Shown here in pieces: positions 19,279-30,497 of a stretch of 64,000 nt of DNA. Below the pieces are notes generated by a model, which did no database searches, was not told the DNA's origin, and saw only the letters and a list, made by a program, of their open reading frames with translations. Source of the stretch: a virus; IMG/VR virus record IMGVR_UViG_3300032087_004763, positions 78,382 to 142,381 of that record; one strand, 5' to 3'. The position numbers were made by a program, and so were the translations under genes. Numbering within the stretch: position 1 is the stretch's first letter; every line of letters starts with the position of its first letter.

Positions 19279-19812
19279 TTATGACCCTGGACTAAATAGT
19301 GTCTTTACTACTGATCCTGTAGAATCTAATATCTGAAGAGATACTACTGAGTTAAATTTAGCCGACGTAAGAGTTGAATTAGCAATCTTGCCATTTGTTA
19401 CATTTAGGTTTGCAATTTTAGCAGTAGTAACATTAGTGTCTGCAATCAGCGCGGTTGTTACACCTAGACTAGAAATATTAAACTTTCCAGCACTATCATA
19501 GTCTAAACCAACGCCAGCTTTAAAGTGATAATCTTGACTCAGACCAAACGTTCCAGAAGCAGAGTCAAATGTTATAGACACGCCGTGCGCAGAGTCAGCA
19601 GCATTAGCGCTGATTCCACTTTTGAAGATCGCTTTAATTTCATCCGAGTCATCGAATGGTACGACAATGTTCCTTACCGTATTAATCGCATCAACAACAT
19701 TACTGTCGCCAGTTATAAGTAAGGCGGTATCACCAACATCGTCTGAGATAGCATTTGTCTTAGTAACAAGTGTTGATACTGGATCCGATAAATTAATTAC
19801 TGTCTTAGCCAT
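19279..19812 (-). CDS. Fibre/collar-like structural protein
   Basis: VTTAKIA repeats; INLSD..STLVTKTN N-terminus. Confidence 0.6.
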   Translation of the reverse strand: MAKTVINLSDPVSTLVTKTNAISDDVGDTALLITGDSNVVDAINTVRNIVVPFDDSDEIKAIFKSGISANAADSAHGVSITFDSASGTFGLSQDYHFKAGVGLDYDSAGKFNISSLGVTTALIADTNVTTAKIANLNVTNGKIANSTLTSAKFNSVVSLQILDSTGSVVKTLFSPGS

Positions 19813-20035
19813 TTGTAGCCTCTAATATTTTATTTAAGAGATGTTTAATCTCTTTGACGTCATCCTTTAGTTCTGTAACTTCGGTTTCAAGCCGTGCAGT
19901 TTTTTCTCTTTCCTCGAGCCAAGCCTTTTTTCTTTTTCTTGCTTGACTCATTTCCTTACTATTTATGTTTAAAATAGCACCAGATGCTTTGTCTCTTACA
20001 AATCCAGGATGACCTTTTACATTCACATAAGCCAT
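19805..20035 (-). CDS. Conserved small coiled-coil protein of T4-like phages
   Basis: VKGHPGFVRD..SGAILN plus C-terminal heptads. Confidence 0.65.
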   Translation of the reverse strand: MAYVNVKGHPGFVRDKASGAILNINSKEMSQARKRKKAWLEEREKTARLETEVTELKDDVKEIKHLLNKILEATNG

Positions 20036-20036
20036 A

Positions 20037-21620
20037 TTATGTTACCATCGCGATGGCTCTGAGGTCTCTGATTCTGGCGACCTTTGAACTGTTGGTTGTC
20101 TTGAATACAATCTTTAGCTGGAATGATGAGAATGGAGTCAAATCACCACCAATGCCACCGACCAAATAAGTATATTCTCTGAATATATTCGGATCTTCAT
20201 CTGCAGCGATAGAGGTTTCTTTAGCAACTAATGTGTATGGTTGATCAGTAATAACTTCATCAGAATTTGCAGTCCTAAAGTACATATCAAAGTCAGCCTC
20301 ATTTGGCCTGTTAGCAGCCAATAGAATCTTAAGACCTACTGCAGTTTCAGCAAGGTTGATAGTCTTTGTAATATGCTTCGAAGCAGCTGTTCCGTTTCGT
20401 GCATCAGTCTCTTGTACAAAGGTTAGTGCTGTTCCAGCAGAATCTTGATTGTCGATAATGTTTTCAAGAGAAGCAATTGAAGATCTTTGTAAATCAATAA
20501 TTGGTGAAACGTCCGAATCTTCGGTCGACATTTGAACTCTGAACTGAACTGATTTAGTACCAGAGTTATGCGTAGTTTCATTTCTAGCCGTAGCAATTAG
20601 TTCTGGTATTTCTGACTTTAAATACTCGTTTGTGATAACGGTTGCAAATGTCGCATCAGTTGCATAGGCCGCATTTGTAGCAGAGTTTCTATTTGTACCA
20701 AATGATGCACCAGATGTTAGCTTAACAGCAGTAGTGAGTGAAGTATCTTCAGGCACTAAGTTAGCAACACTAAAATTATACTCATTCATCATCACTTGAC
20801 GATCTACGATTACTCCGGTACCTCCAGTTCTCAATGACGAAGATGCATTACTATCAGCTGCGAAAGTATAACCAGTATGATCAACGCCTGTAATTGTACG
20901 CTCACCAATTATACTAGTTCCTTTCATACCATTATACGTTGTATTTGAATCAAGTCCACTAATAAAGACTTTATCATTTCTTACAAATCCATGGTCTGGG
21001 TGTAGCATAGTAACAGTAGTCCCACCAGAATCAGTGAGGATAGGATTGCTTCCTAGCAACACTCTTCCTGGATCTGCATTTTCTAAGAATGCAGTATAGG
21101 TAGTATTTTTCGTAAACCTTGCCTTATTCAATTTCATCATTAAGTCGAGAGTAGTATCAGGATTCCATATTGCGGCACTCGTAGTTGTAAAAAGATCGTC
21201 TAATCCGGCTGCCTTATTTACTCTTCTTCCAGTGGTACCTATGACAAAGTCATAAGACCTAGCCCCGTATAAACGATAGTCAGAGCTACGCGAGTGCGTA
21301 GCAATCGCATATTGATATCCTGGACTGAGAAAAATTGGTTCGTCAAATGTAAATTTAGTAGGAGCAGATTGAATGCCACTTAAAGAAGCCGAGTCGCCAA
21401 CAGCAGGTGTACTAACACTATCCGCGGATAAAAATACTTCACTTCCTGGCATACTAATCGGTTGAGGAACTCTATTTTCAACTGAATGTAATGTAACGAA
21501 GACTGGTGCCGCTGTGGTACCGGTTGGTTTTTTAGCAAAAAACAATTCCACTGAAGTAAGAAATAATCCTTTTTTATATCTTACTGGATCAATTGTAAAA
21601 GTTTGTGCAATCGGTTTCAT
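20037..21620 (-). CDS. DUF4815/VrlC-like structural protein, C-terminal part
   Basis: PIAQTF start, LTSVELFF, SPIIDLQR, F.SFQLKIV...RIRDLRAIA end; own GAGGA RBS. Confidence 0.75.
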   Translation of the reverse strand: MKPIAQTFTIDPVRYKKGLFLTSVELFFAKKPTGTTAAPVFVTLHSVENRVPQPISMPGSEVFLSADSVSTPAVGDSASLSGIQSAPTKFTFDEPIFLSPGYQYAIATHSRSSDYRLYGARSYDFVIGTTGRRVNKAAGLDDLFTTTSAAIWNPDTTLDLMMKLNKARFTKNTTYTAFLENADPGRVLLGSNPILTDSGGTTVTMLHPDHGFVRNDKVFISGLDSNTTYNGMKGTSIIGERTITGVDHTGYTFAADSNASSSLRTGGTGVIVDRQVMMNEYNFSVANLVPEDTSLTTAVKLTSGASFGTNRNSATNAAYATDATFATVITNEYLKSEIPELIATARNETTHNSGTKSVQFRVQMSTEDSDVSPIIDLQRSSIASLENIIDNQDSAGTALTFVQETDARNGTAASKHITKTINLAETAVGLKILLAANRPNEADFDMYFRTANSDEVITDQPYTLVAKETSIAADEDPNIFREYTYLVGGIGGDLTPFSSFQLKIVFKTTNSSKVARIRDLRAIAMVT

Positions 21621-21635
21621 TTATATTCCTCGTTA

Positions 21636-24600
21636 TTAGAATGGGCTAGATCCAGCTGAACCACCTGCAGCGTCAGCGTCAGCTTGAGTATCCCTATCAT
21701 CATTATCTGCTCTTCCACCACTTGAGTAAGAATAGAATCCGTTATTATAATTATGATATCCGCCAGTGCGTTTCCCGCGGGATCCTCCACCACCGCCGTC
21801 ATCGTCTCGTTGTACGACACCCCTTGCAAGAGTCACGTGACGTGTAGATTCAAAGGTTCTTTCAGATACGTTTATAATGCCTTGTGCCGAGAATGTAAAG
21901 AATGCAGACGAAGTAGATCCATCATCATTATTTTCTGATATATCAAGTAACTTAAATAACACATCTCCAGCTCTAAATCGTAAAGCTGCAGTTGATGGAA
22001 TTACAAACGAACCTATGATTTCACCTTCGCCATTAGATATAAGCGTGGTAGAACCATCAGGATGACCAGTAGACTTTGTTAACGTGCTTCCAAGATCAAC
22101 TGATGTAGTTGAATAATCTACGAAAGAAGTCTCCGATCTTACCCAGTCTGCAACTGATTCTTCACCGAAGTATGCAAAGTGTTGAGTATTGGGACTTAAA
22201 CCTCGTGCTCTAAAGTAAACCTTAATAGACCTCATATAAGGTATGAATTTTTTCTCAAGAATTACTTCATTAATCTTATCTCTAACAACCTTTGACCCAG
22301 TGATTACTTTACCTGTGGACCCATACCAGCTATATTTAGAATCATTTCTACTTCTAACAGTTACTGATCCTTTGCTAGTAACAACATCTTCTAATTCAAT
22401 CACAATATCAGGAACATACTCTGTCTCAAACCAGTTATCAGATGCTGGAGACATCTTCATACGACCTGAATTAGTTAATACTCCAAAAGGATTTACGCCG
22501 ATCTCTTGGCTCACTAAGTCTTGATCAACGAAAGCTTCTTCAGTATATGGACAAATGATATAATCACCAACCCGAGTCGCGGTATTGCCAGCGTTGTCAG
22601 CGTCATATATTAGTCGAACAGATGCTTCACTGAATCTAGGAGTAAGTTCTTTTTCTCCCTGATCAATTGATGCCCTATACCCTGGATTAAAGGTATCAGA
22701 GAAATTATAATTTGCAAAGTTGTCAGCTAAGAAGCCAGCTTTTGTTCTAGCATTACCGGCTGAATCTAAAACTTCAATAGATGATGTCTCGTTTTCTAAT
22801 AAACTTAGAGTAGTTAATTCTACTACATCATCAATACGCTTTTCAAGCTTACCGATATCCTGCATTGTGTAATTTTTAGTATCGTTCTTTTGAAGCGATA
22901 CATCATCTTTGTCTAGCGTATATGGCTTGAGACTCATATCATAAAGAGTTAATGTTCCAGGTGGTTGAATAGGCGGCCTTGGATCCAACGCACTTACACC
23001 AGTTATCTGTCTATATTGACCAAATTTAAGTGTTGATCGGTCAACATTAGCTATGCCAATGACTAGTTTATCTTTTCTTGGAAGATAATATTCAACGTCA
23101 GCTCGAATAACGTCTGTTGTTTGTGGCAATAGATTGACAATACCACCTGTTCCGCTATACTGACCGTTAGTACCTTCTACAGGTCTGAAATCAAGAACGT
23201 CTCTGAGATTAATAATCTCACCGTTAACCTTTGTAAAGTCTGGGATATCATCATAGTTAATTGCACCTTGATATGAATTAACTGTAAATAAATCTCCAGC
23301 ACCGTGAGAGAATCTTCTAAATGTTGTAGCAATACTTCCTGCAGGAATAGTAACACCAGGGTTTGCTACAATTCTTGATCTAGCATAAAAGTTATCACGC
23401 TGTCCGTTGTCGAATGTGAAGTTATCTGATATATCTGCACCGAGTGCACTATCAACTGCAATAGATTGTATTTCATGAACGTCTGCAAATCCAAGGTCAA
23501 TAAATGCTAGTCCATTACCATCAGAATCAGCTTGAGTTGGCCAAGTTTTTGTTACAGTCTGTGCAGCTTCGAGAGTTTTTTGTCTAGATGAAAGATTAGC
23601 TCCAGCAATTGCAATGTAAGCAAGCAATTCGTAATCCCCGTTTCCGGTTGCAATACTAGATATTTCTACCTGGTTACCGGTTGGTGATCCAATTAAATTA
23701 AACGTAGCAGTCGTTACTGCACCATCAGTCTTTGCAAGAATCCAATCACCAGTATTTGTAAATATGTCACCTGTTCCACCAGCATTCTCAGTAACAGTGC
23801 TACCACTATATGTGAATGTAATTCTCTTTTGTACTGTAAGTGATAGATCAGACACGCCATTAACAGTAGGCCGAGTTGATGGGAGAGGGAATAGTAATGA
23901 GTTATTTGATGTCTCTTTTAACTGAGCTATTCCATCTTCGGTTACAATGTTTACAAAGTCTGTTGTGCTTGTTCCAAAACTTCTTGTGTCTCTAAAGCTT
24001 TGACCATTAGCCATGTTGATATCAAACAAGAAGAACTTGTGTGCTGAGTCAGCTTCTTCGACGGCTCTTACTCTTGCGCCACCAATCACGGACCCAGTAT
24101 GACCATAATTATTCATTAAGTTAATTGAATCAAACGTGTCAATATTTGGTAATCCGGCATTATTAGCAGTATTACCAATAACAAAATTACCGTATTGTGC
24201 AATAATTGGCTGATTGTTTTCAGTTCTTGTATCTCTAGCTTTTTGAATACGAAGTTTAGTTCTTGGCAATTCAAGGCGATAACCATCAACATACGCAGTA
24301 CCGCCACTCAGTTCTAAGTCTAAGTTCGAGTCATTACCACTTACTTCACTAAACTTAGCAGTGATGTTGTTTATTGTATAATTACCTGACTCTTCTTTTG
24401 TCCTAGTTGCCATAACATCGTAGATTGTATTGTAACCGTTTGATGTTGTGGCTTGTTTTGAAATCTCTCCATCACTAATTGTAGCAAGATATACAAAGTT
24501 TTCTGCCGATGTTACTTTAGATTTTTTAGCTAGTGAAAGAGTTATTTTGTAACGATCCGCACCAGGAGCAGAGATATTTGGCGAAGCTCCTTGATTATCA

Positions 24601-25313
24601 TATAGGGCGCTTTCATCATCAGTCGTAATTACTTGTTCTGATATTTTAAATCCAACTTCAATATTAATACTAAATGGAAAATATTTCCCTAGTACTAACT
24701 CTTGTGCTTCAGCTGTTACAAAGTGATTTTTAACAAAGAAAGTTCCAGGTGCAATTTGTAAAATAGTTCCAGTATTAGCAGCAGAGCCAGTTGATGGGCT
24801 ATCGGCTGTTAATGTAATACCAAGAGTTGAGTTTGTAAATGAAGCACCGTCTTGTACTACAACAGGCGAAGTGCCTGATGTTCCAGCTGATGTATCAGTA
24901 TATTCAACAAAAAGTGTGGGAGGATTATCTCCAGCGCCATCATCTCTTGCAGAAGCCGCAAAGGCTTTTCTCACTATAAATTTAATGGCAGTCGTGTCAC
25001 CGGTGAATTCTTTACCGACAAGATCGGAGAAAGAAAGACCAGCTGCACTTAATGTAGTAGCCGCTGCTGTAGTGAGTTTAATAGAAGGAAATCTAAGTAT
25101 ATGAAGGTTCCCACCTTCGACTGCGGCGCCTTCTACAAAAATGTTACTTCCGAACCGACCGATCTCTTCTTGAATAATTGTCTGCATTTGAGTAAGCTCT
25201 CTCGCTTGAAGAGCTCTACCCGCATTGAATAATATACGATGATAATGATCGCTGTCTTTGAAATCATCTTTGTATGTAGTTCCAAATGTTGTTGTAGTAA
25301 CATTAGTAGCCAT
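21636..25313 (-). CDS. DUF4815/VrlC-like large structural protein, N-terminal part
   Basis: YKDDF...RILF..GRALQARELTQMQTIIQ, APGADRYKI, RTKEESGNY, LRDVLDFRP, LTTLSLLE. Confidence 0.85.
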   Translation of the reverse strand: MATNVTTTTFGTTYKDDFKDSDHYHRILFNAGRALQARELTQMQTIIQEEIGRFGSNIFVEGAAVEGGNLHILRFPSIKLTTAAATTLSAAGLSFSDLVGKEFTGDTTAIKFIVRKAFAASARDDGAGDNPPTLFVEYTDTSAGTSGTSPVVVQDGASFTNSTLGITLTADSPSTGSAANTGTILQIAPGTFFVKNHFVTAEAQELVLGKYFPFSINIEVGFKISEQVITTDDESALYDNQGASPNISAPGADRYKITLSLAKKSKVTSAENFVYLATISDGEISKQATTSNGYNTIYDVMATRTKEESGNYTINNITAKFSEVSGNDSNLDLELSGGTAYVDGYRLELPRTKLRIQKARDTRTENNQPIIAQYGNFVIGNTANNAGLPNIDTFDSINLMNNYGHTGSVIGGARVRAVEEADSAHKFFLFDINMANGQSFRDTRSFGTSTTDFVNIVTEDGIAQLKETSNNSLLFPLPSTRPTVNGVSDLSLTVQKRITFTYSGSTVTENAGGTGDIFTNTGDWILAKTDGAVTTATFNLIGSPTGNQVEISSIATGNGDYELLAYIAIAGANLSSRQKTLEAAQTVTKTWPTQADSDGNGLAFIDLGFADVHEIQSIAVDSALGADISDNFTFDNGQRDNFYARSRIVANPGVTIPAGSIATTFRRFSHGAGDLFTVNSYQGAINYDDIPDFTKVNGEIINLRDVLDFRPVEGTNGQYSGTGGIVNLLPQTTDVIRADVEYYLPRKDKLVIGIANVDRSTLKFGQYRQITGVSALDPRPPIQPPGTLTLYDMSLKPYTLDKDDVSLQKNDTKNYTMQDIGKLEKRIDDVVELTTLSLLENETSSIEVLDSAGNARTKAGFLADNFANYNFSDTFNPGYRASIDQGEKELTPRFSEASVRLIYDADNAGNTATRVGDYIICPYTEEAFVDQDLVSQEIGVNPFGVLTNSGRMKMSPASDNWFETEYVPDIVIELEDVVTSKGSVTVRSRNDSKYSWYGSTGKVITGSKVVRDKINEVILEKKFIPYMRSIKVYFRARGLSPNTQHFAYFGEESVADWVRSETSFVDYSTTSVDLGSTLTKSTGHPDGSTTLISNGEGEIIGSFVIPSTAALRFRAGDVLFKLLDISENNDDGSTSSAFFTFSAQGIINVSERTFESTRHVTLARGVVQRDDDGGGGGSRGKRTGGYHNYNNGFYSYSSGGRADNDDRDTQADADAAGGSAGSSPF

Positions 25314-25325
25314 AAATTTTTAACC

Positions 25326-26711
25326 CTAAATGGTAATGATAACCTTAATATCTTCAGTCTGCGACGATGATCGTGTGACAGCGGCCCTGTTTTCAATATA
25401 GAGAACCTCACCGCTGAATTTATCTATAGTATAGTTTGGAGCTGCAGAATCCACTGTTCCTGTTCCACTACCACCAGTTTCTGTTGCTGTTTCTCCATCA
25501 CTAAATGACTTAAATCCAGTCGCTTCAGTCTGATGATAGAATACACTACTATCAGTAATTCCATCAATGAATGCAGTAGCACCAGATGAACCACCGACAA
25601 TCTTATTGTCTACTGTGAATGTAGCAGCAGAGACACCATTAAGTTTAAGTGAGCGAAGTGCAATACCAGAAGTACTACCAAAAATCGGTGTAGGCTGACC
25701 AGATGCGCTGTCTCCAACTTCTAAATTTTTCATTAAAACAATTTGTCTAAAATCTTGATCGGTGATAAAATTACCACCCTCAGTTCCTGCAGGTTTTGCA
25801 TTAAACATAATTGAGCTTGATCTGAGATCATCACGAGGATCATATCCGATCCCCTTCTGTGTAGTGATAATAGGCCGATAATCAGCTCCTGATCCACCGC
25901 CTCCAGTGAAAACAATCTCAGCTAAATCATATCCTGTTCCACCAGCCTCTGCACTATCTAGCTCAACCTTTACTACTTCACCGGCACTTACCGTGGCAAC
26001 TAGTCTTGCAGTTCTACCCGTTCCGTTAACAGTAACAGTTGGAGCTGAAGTATAACCACTTCCACCACTTACCTTAAGAGCTCCAGTGATCGCACCACTT
26101 ACAGCGTTTTCGCGAACCTCAGCCTGGAATCGTTTTGCATCTGATAAAGAAGTATCAGATGATGAATCTACTAATGGAGAAAACTGAATAGGAACGAATC
26201 CAGACGACAAGAAATTATTAGCAGAAGTAGCATCGACAGTATAAAGGTATTTCCAAATATATCCATCAGACGTTTGGAATGGTTTTGTCTTTGCTACACC
26301 AGCGTCATTATAGCTTGGCTTAATAGTTGACGGTTGAGCTATTCCAGCCGCGTTCTTTGATTGTTGAATTACAATATAGACATCGTTGTCATCAGTCAGT
26401 ACATAGTGAGCCGGTGAAGAATTGCCGGCCTGTGAATCTGAATATGCAGGATAAATTGTAGACGTTGACCAGTTGTGACGAGTTACGACAAATGAAGTTG
26501 CATTCACTATCTTAATAGATTGAAGGTTCTCACGAGCAAGTCTTTCCTCACGGATCGTGCGTACTGGGTTAACCACTGTATCACTTGAATCATACGCATC
26601 AGATTTACCAATTCCAATATAATACTGATCTGAATCAGTAGCATTCGTCACTTCATCAAAGAGAAGATTTACTACCTTTTTTCGAAAAGAATCAGTTACA
26701 ATTGCTGTCAT
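25326..26711 (-). CDS. Baseplate wedge subunit (T4 gp8-like)
   Basis: MTAIVTD.FR, DGYIWKYLY, SGEVLYIENR...R...QTEDIKVII. Confidence 0.85.
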   Translation of the reverse strand: MTAIVTDSFRKKVVNLLFDEVTNATDSDQYYIGIGKSDAYDSSDTVVNPVRTIREERLARENLQSIKIVNATSFVVTRHNWSTSTIYPAYSDSQAGNSSPAHYVLTDDNDVYIVIQQSKNAAGIAQPSTIKPSYNDAGVAKTKPFQTSDGYIWKYLYTVDATSANNFLSSGFVPIQFSPLVDSSSDTSLSDAKRFQAEVRENAVSGAITGALKVSGGSGYTSAPTVTVNGTGRTARLVATVSAGEVVKVELDSAEAGGTGYDLAEIVFTGGGGSGADYRPIITTQKGIGYDPRDDLRSSSIMFNAKPAGTEGGNFITDQDFRQIVLMKNLEVGDSASGQPTPIFGSTSGIALRSLKLNGVSAATFTVDNKIVGGSSGATAFIDGITDSSVFYHQTEATGFKSFSDGETATETGGSGTGTVDSAAPNYTIDKFSGEVLYIENRAAVTRSSSQTEDIKVIITI

Positions 26712-26723
26712 GTTTATTTCCTA

Positions 26724-27662
26724 TTAAGCTAGAGTTATTTCACCCTGATTTCCGATTAAGAACCAATTTGCTCCGTCCCATACGCACTGGCATCCGTCGT
26801 TTTGTGCAAGTGCGAATGAGGTTCCTTGTGCAAAATTTGAAGGAGTAACAGTCATAGCACCAGCGCCCTTATTTGTAAAGATCTTGTACTCACCAACCGT
26901 TGTTCCATCTCCTAAAGTTACTGCTATTGCACTTCCTCTATTACCTATGATAAAGGTTGTATCATCAATATCTGTAGCTGCTACTGTAGCTGCTGTTACA
27001 GTCGTTGCTGTATAGGCAGCTTTTGAAAATTTTACGGATCCAGTTCCCTTTGCATCAACATTTAAATTAATATTAGTGTTTGTACCAGTTGCTGAAATAG
27101 ATGGAGGATTACCGGTAGCAGCATTACTAATTGTTATCTCATTTACTGCAGATCCTGTTCTACTCAGAATCAACATCTCGTTTCCAGACGAGTCGTTAAT
27201 CGACTGTTGAATAATTGGTCTATATGCAGTCGGATTCGTGAGCGTCTTATTTGTTAGTGTATCTGTCGTTGCTCTACCGACAAGCGTATCAGTTGATGTC
27301 GGTAAAGTAAGTGTTCCTGAGTTTGATATAGAAGAAATAACAGGCGTCGTAAGCGTCTTATTTGTTAACGTAACCGTGTTTGTATCAAGTACGATATTAC
27401 CCGATGCATCAGGTAATCTAGCAACATTATCTGCAGTAGGATTAGTTACCCCAAGACGAGTTTCAAATGCATTTGCTGATGATCCTTCAAATGCAATAAC
27501 GCTGTCCTCGATCGTTATCTGAGAACCAAGCGTTGTGCTATCACCGCCAAGATATGTGTATATCTCAGAGAAGTTGCTATTAATCTTGTCAGCGGCTTGA
27601 CGAAGTGTATCACCGGTCTTATCGTTCGCAGCAGAACCCGTGCTAATATTTTGCTTTGCCAT
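26724..27662 (-). CDS. Baseplate wedge/tail fibre connector (gp9/gp10-like)
   Basis: MAKQNISTGSAANDKTGDTLR.AA.KIN.NF.EIY; TLTNKTLT repeats. Confidence 0.8.
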   Translation of the reverse strand: MAKQNISTGSAANDKTGDTLRQAADKINSNFSEIYTYLGGDSTTLGSQITIEDSVIAFEGSSANAFETRLGVTNPTADNVARLPDASGNIVLDTNTVTLTNKTLTTPVISSISNSGTLTLPTSTDTLVGRATTDTLTNKTLTNPTAYRPIIQQSINDSSGNEMLILSRTGSAVNEITISNAATGNPPSISATGTNTNINLNVDAKGTGSVKFSKAAYTATTVTAATVAATDIDDTTFIIGNRGSAIAVTLGDGTTVGEYKIFTNKGAGAMTVTPSNFAQGTSFALAQNDGCQCVWDGANWFLIGNQGEITLA

Positions 27663-27688
27663 ATCTACCTACTAAAAATCTATAGTTT

Positions 27689-27696
27689 TATTTATA
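27689..27696 (-). promoter_or_regulatory. T4-type late promoter TATAAATA
   Basis: Consensus upstream of the gp9-like gene. Confidence 0.7.
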
Positions 27697-28665
27697 TCAG
27701 AAATTCGAGTCACTTAAATATCTAGTGAATATTGATGCATCCATTGTCTCGGTCGTAATCGTAGTATCTGGTCCAATTGAGTCAGCACTATCATCAAACG
27801 TAAACGAGTTCGGTGACATAATTTGTAATACATTGTCATATGTATTATCAAGTTCTGTAGTGGTCAACGAACTATAGTTACTAATTGGGTCATTCAATAT
27901 TATTCTACCCGAACTATCACCAATAGAAAGCGTAGCGGTCAATGGTTCATCTAGTGCAAACATCGAGATTGATGCTTCTTGACCCTGAATCACGATTGCT
28001 TCGGCTTCAGCTAATGGATTTTGTCCAATCGCTGTCGGAGTAATAGACGCTGGATTTTCGAGTAATACTTCTCCCTCAAAATAAAATCCAGCTGGATGTA
28101 CAAACTTTTTATACAGAGTCTCATACTCTCTTGTAGATAGACCCGTCTTAACTAAAATAGAAAAGACCTGATAACGCGTATTATTTGTAATAAATTTTTG
28201 GCTTTCAAATCCTATATGATGTGATAAGAAATTATTATCTGCATCATTAATAGTCAGTACATCTTTCTTAGGATACTCAATTGCTGCTTCTTGGTTGAAG
28301 AAACCTCTGAAGAATCCTTCGGCTGATACTAATGTTCCCTTTGATTGATAGAACAATGCTAACAATCTTGTCATCAATCTTGGTTGTTTAAAGAATGATA
28401 CGTTAGTAAGACCGTCACCGATCTCACCAAGTAGAAGGTCTAGATTAGAAAGATCAGTTTGACTTACATCCTTAAGAGAAAATATATCATGTATTATTCT
28501 ATCGTATGCTTTATCGTCTGTACCACTTACAAAATCATAATATTTTTCTAAAAAAGTTATTAGATTAGGATAATCTTCTTGCGCATACTCTGGTAAGACG
28601 TCTTTTATCTTTGATTGAAAAAACGGTAGATCTCTTCTATTTTGATCTTCTATAATGTGTGTCAT
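27697..28665 (-). CDS. Baseplate wedge subunit (gp7-like, short)
   Basis: LPEY..EDYP.LI.FLEKYY, FYQSKGT, YQ.FS, FVHPAGF. Confidence 0.75.
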   Translation of the reverse strand: MTHIIEDQNRRDLPFFQSKIKDVLPEYAQEDYPNLITFLEKYYDFVSGTDDKAYDRIIHDIFSLKDVSQTDLSNLDLLLGEIGDGLTNVSFFKQPRLMTRLLALFYQSKGTLVSAEGFFRGFFNQEAAIEYPKKDVLTINDADNNFLSHHIGFESQKFITNNTRYQVFSILVKTGLSTREYETLYKKFVHPAGFYFEGEVLLENPASITPTAIGQNPLAEAEAIVIQGQEASISMFALDEPLTATLSIGDSSGRIILNDPISNYSSLTTTELDNTYDNVLQIMSPNSFTFDDSADSIGPDTTITTETMDASIFTRYLSDSNF

Positions 28666-30497
28666 GTGATGACAGCCGCTGTGTTCTGATAATCGATAGT
28701 AGCATTTGCAAATGATTTGTCAGTATCAATTGTAATGATATAATTTCTTAATGGCCGAATCGTTGCTTGATTTGCCGGTGTAGCAGTTATGTGAATACTA
28801 GAGCCAGCAAACGCACTCGGATTAAATCCAGTAATATCAACTTTACCTTTTGCAGGATTATAACTTCCTGCATTATCTTTGATAACAACCTCATCAGAAT
28901 TGATGATCTCAAGTGTATTAGATTCAAGTTTGTTTCTTAATGTACAAGTCTGACCGTTAAGTGTAAAGGAAGTAGAAGTGACTCTATACTCGACATCATC
29001 ATTCGCAGCGATAGCAACAGGATAACTCAAGGAATAATCAGCTAGAAGATTCAGGGTAGGAGAGAATCTTAACTGCATCTTAACATCCATTTTTGAGTCA
29101 AGAATCGCTGTGCTTATTCCATCCACTTCAGCGAGCAATGCTGACCTTCTAAAGACCTTATCGAATGTATTAAGATTTGAGGTAATATAATTATTAATTA
29201 CCGTTTGTACATTCGATTCCGTAGTTTCTACAGTTGTACCTGATAAATCAGGATCAAAATTAAATGTAGTGACTAACTCTAGAAAGACATCGGTCGGATC
29301 GCTAAAGACGGTGTCAATTGACATGATTGCAATATTGTCACCAAGTTGTGTTTGAATTTGGCTTTTTGTCGCAGTCTTAGTTGCTTCGGTGATACCATCC
29401 TTAAATTTAAGACTCACATAAACTCTTCCATAAACTGGAGGAACGTTATCGTTTCCACCCCAAGCAGAGACATCAGATATCACAGATGAATATTTTGATT
29501 TGATTAAAGCTTTGTAATCCTCGGCTGTTACAAGTCGTTGTTGTGTCGCAAACGCAAGAGGTGCATTTCCTTTAATAGAAGCTATTGATTCCTTCTCATC
29601 ACCGCCTGCAGAGTTACTCACAGTAGTGACAGATAAATCATAATCAACTGATGGACTTCCAAAAGATATCTGTGCATTTGGAGAAAAAACTGATGCTCCA
29701 TTTGCATCTGCACCTGAACTTGTAAGATACGTTATCTCAATTTTATTTCCTGATGAAGGAGATTTACCGAGTACATTACCGTCACTGAAAATAACATCAT
29801 AGAATCCATTAGGTGCTTCTCTTACAATGTAAACAGTCGAATTTGAATTAATCCTTGCTGTGTCATTAATATTGACATAAGTAGTTGATTCGGCTGATGT
29901 AGTTGTATCAAACACCTTGACTGTCATTGTTGTAGTGTCGATTGTTTTATCTGGGATAATATAAACTTGTTAACCAGTTTTGTCACCAACTAAAAATGTT
30001 TTTGTTTTAAGTGTCCCTTCCTTAATAGAGAGAGTAGAACTTCCAGCAGAAGTTTTAAACTGAAAATTACCAGATCCGTCATTAGTAGCAATATGATCTT
30101 CTAATGTTTGAAATGTATAAGAGACTTCATCGAGCGTAGCAGTAAACTTTGTGTTCTTCGGAAGTGTAACAGTTGACGTCAGTGTATCGCTTGATGCTAC
30201 TGATATCGACACGTTAGCAGCCGAAGCAGTCTTCGATCTTGGATAGTATCCTAGGTTTTCTGCATGGGTAACAACAGAACTTCTTAACTGCGCAGAAGAA
30301 AGAAACGCTTCATTGAGTCCCATGTTTGCAATGAGACCATTAACATGTGTATTATATGCTAGTACATCTAAAATATTAGAAAGGCCTGACCCTTCAAAAT
30401 CATAGTCAGAAAATTCTGACTGAGATTGAAAATAAGATTTTAGGCTTGATTTAATCTGATCAAAATCTAAATCAGACGACTTGATAGCGGTGCTCAT
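28662..30497 (-). CDS. Baseplate wedge subunit gp6, interrupted by one in-frame TAA (29970-29972)
   Basis: LDFDQIK..LK.Y, DYDFEGSGLS.ILDVLAYNTH in the first part; QRLVTAEDY and YGRVYVS in the second. Both ORFs are in the same frame: KTG*QVYIIPDKTIDTTTM. Confidence 0.85.

Noticed and set aside
21617-21829. 70-aa ORF between the DUF4815 halves as a frameshift bridge
   Set aside because: It stops at the ATGA of the downstream gene and is not in frame with it; the downstream gene has its own RBS.
1221-27522. Many plus-strand ORFs opposite fibre/baseplate genes (e.g. 1446-1973, 8849-9247, 22243-22524)
   Set aside because: Antisense shadows of S/T/G-rich genes, without RBS or recognisable motifs.
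28662-30497. Genome-wide stop-codon reassignment
   Set aside because: Only one interrupted gene; TAA, TAG and TGA all end recognisable genes at expected positions.
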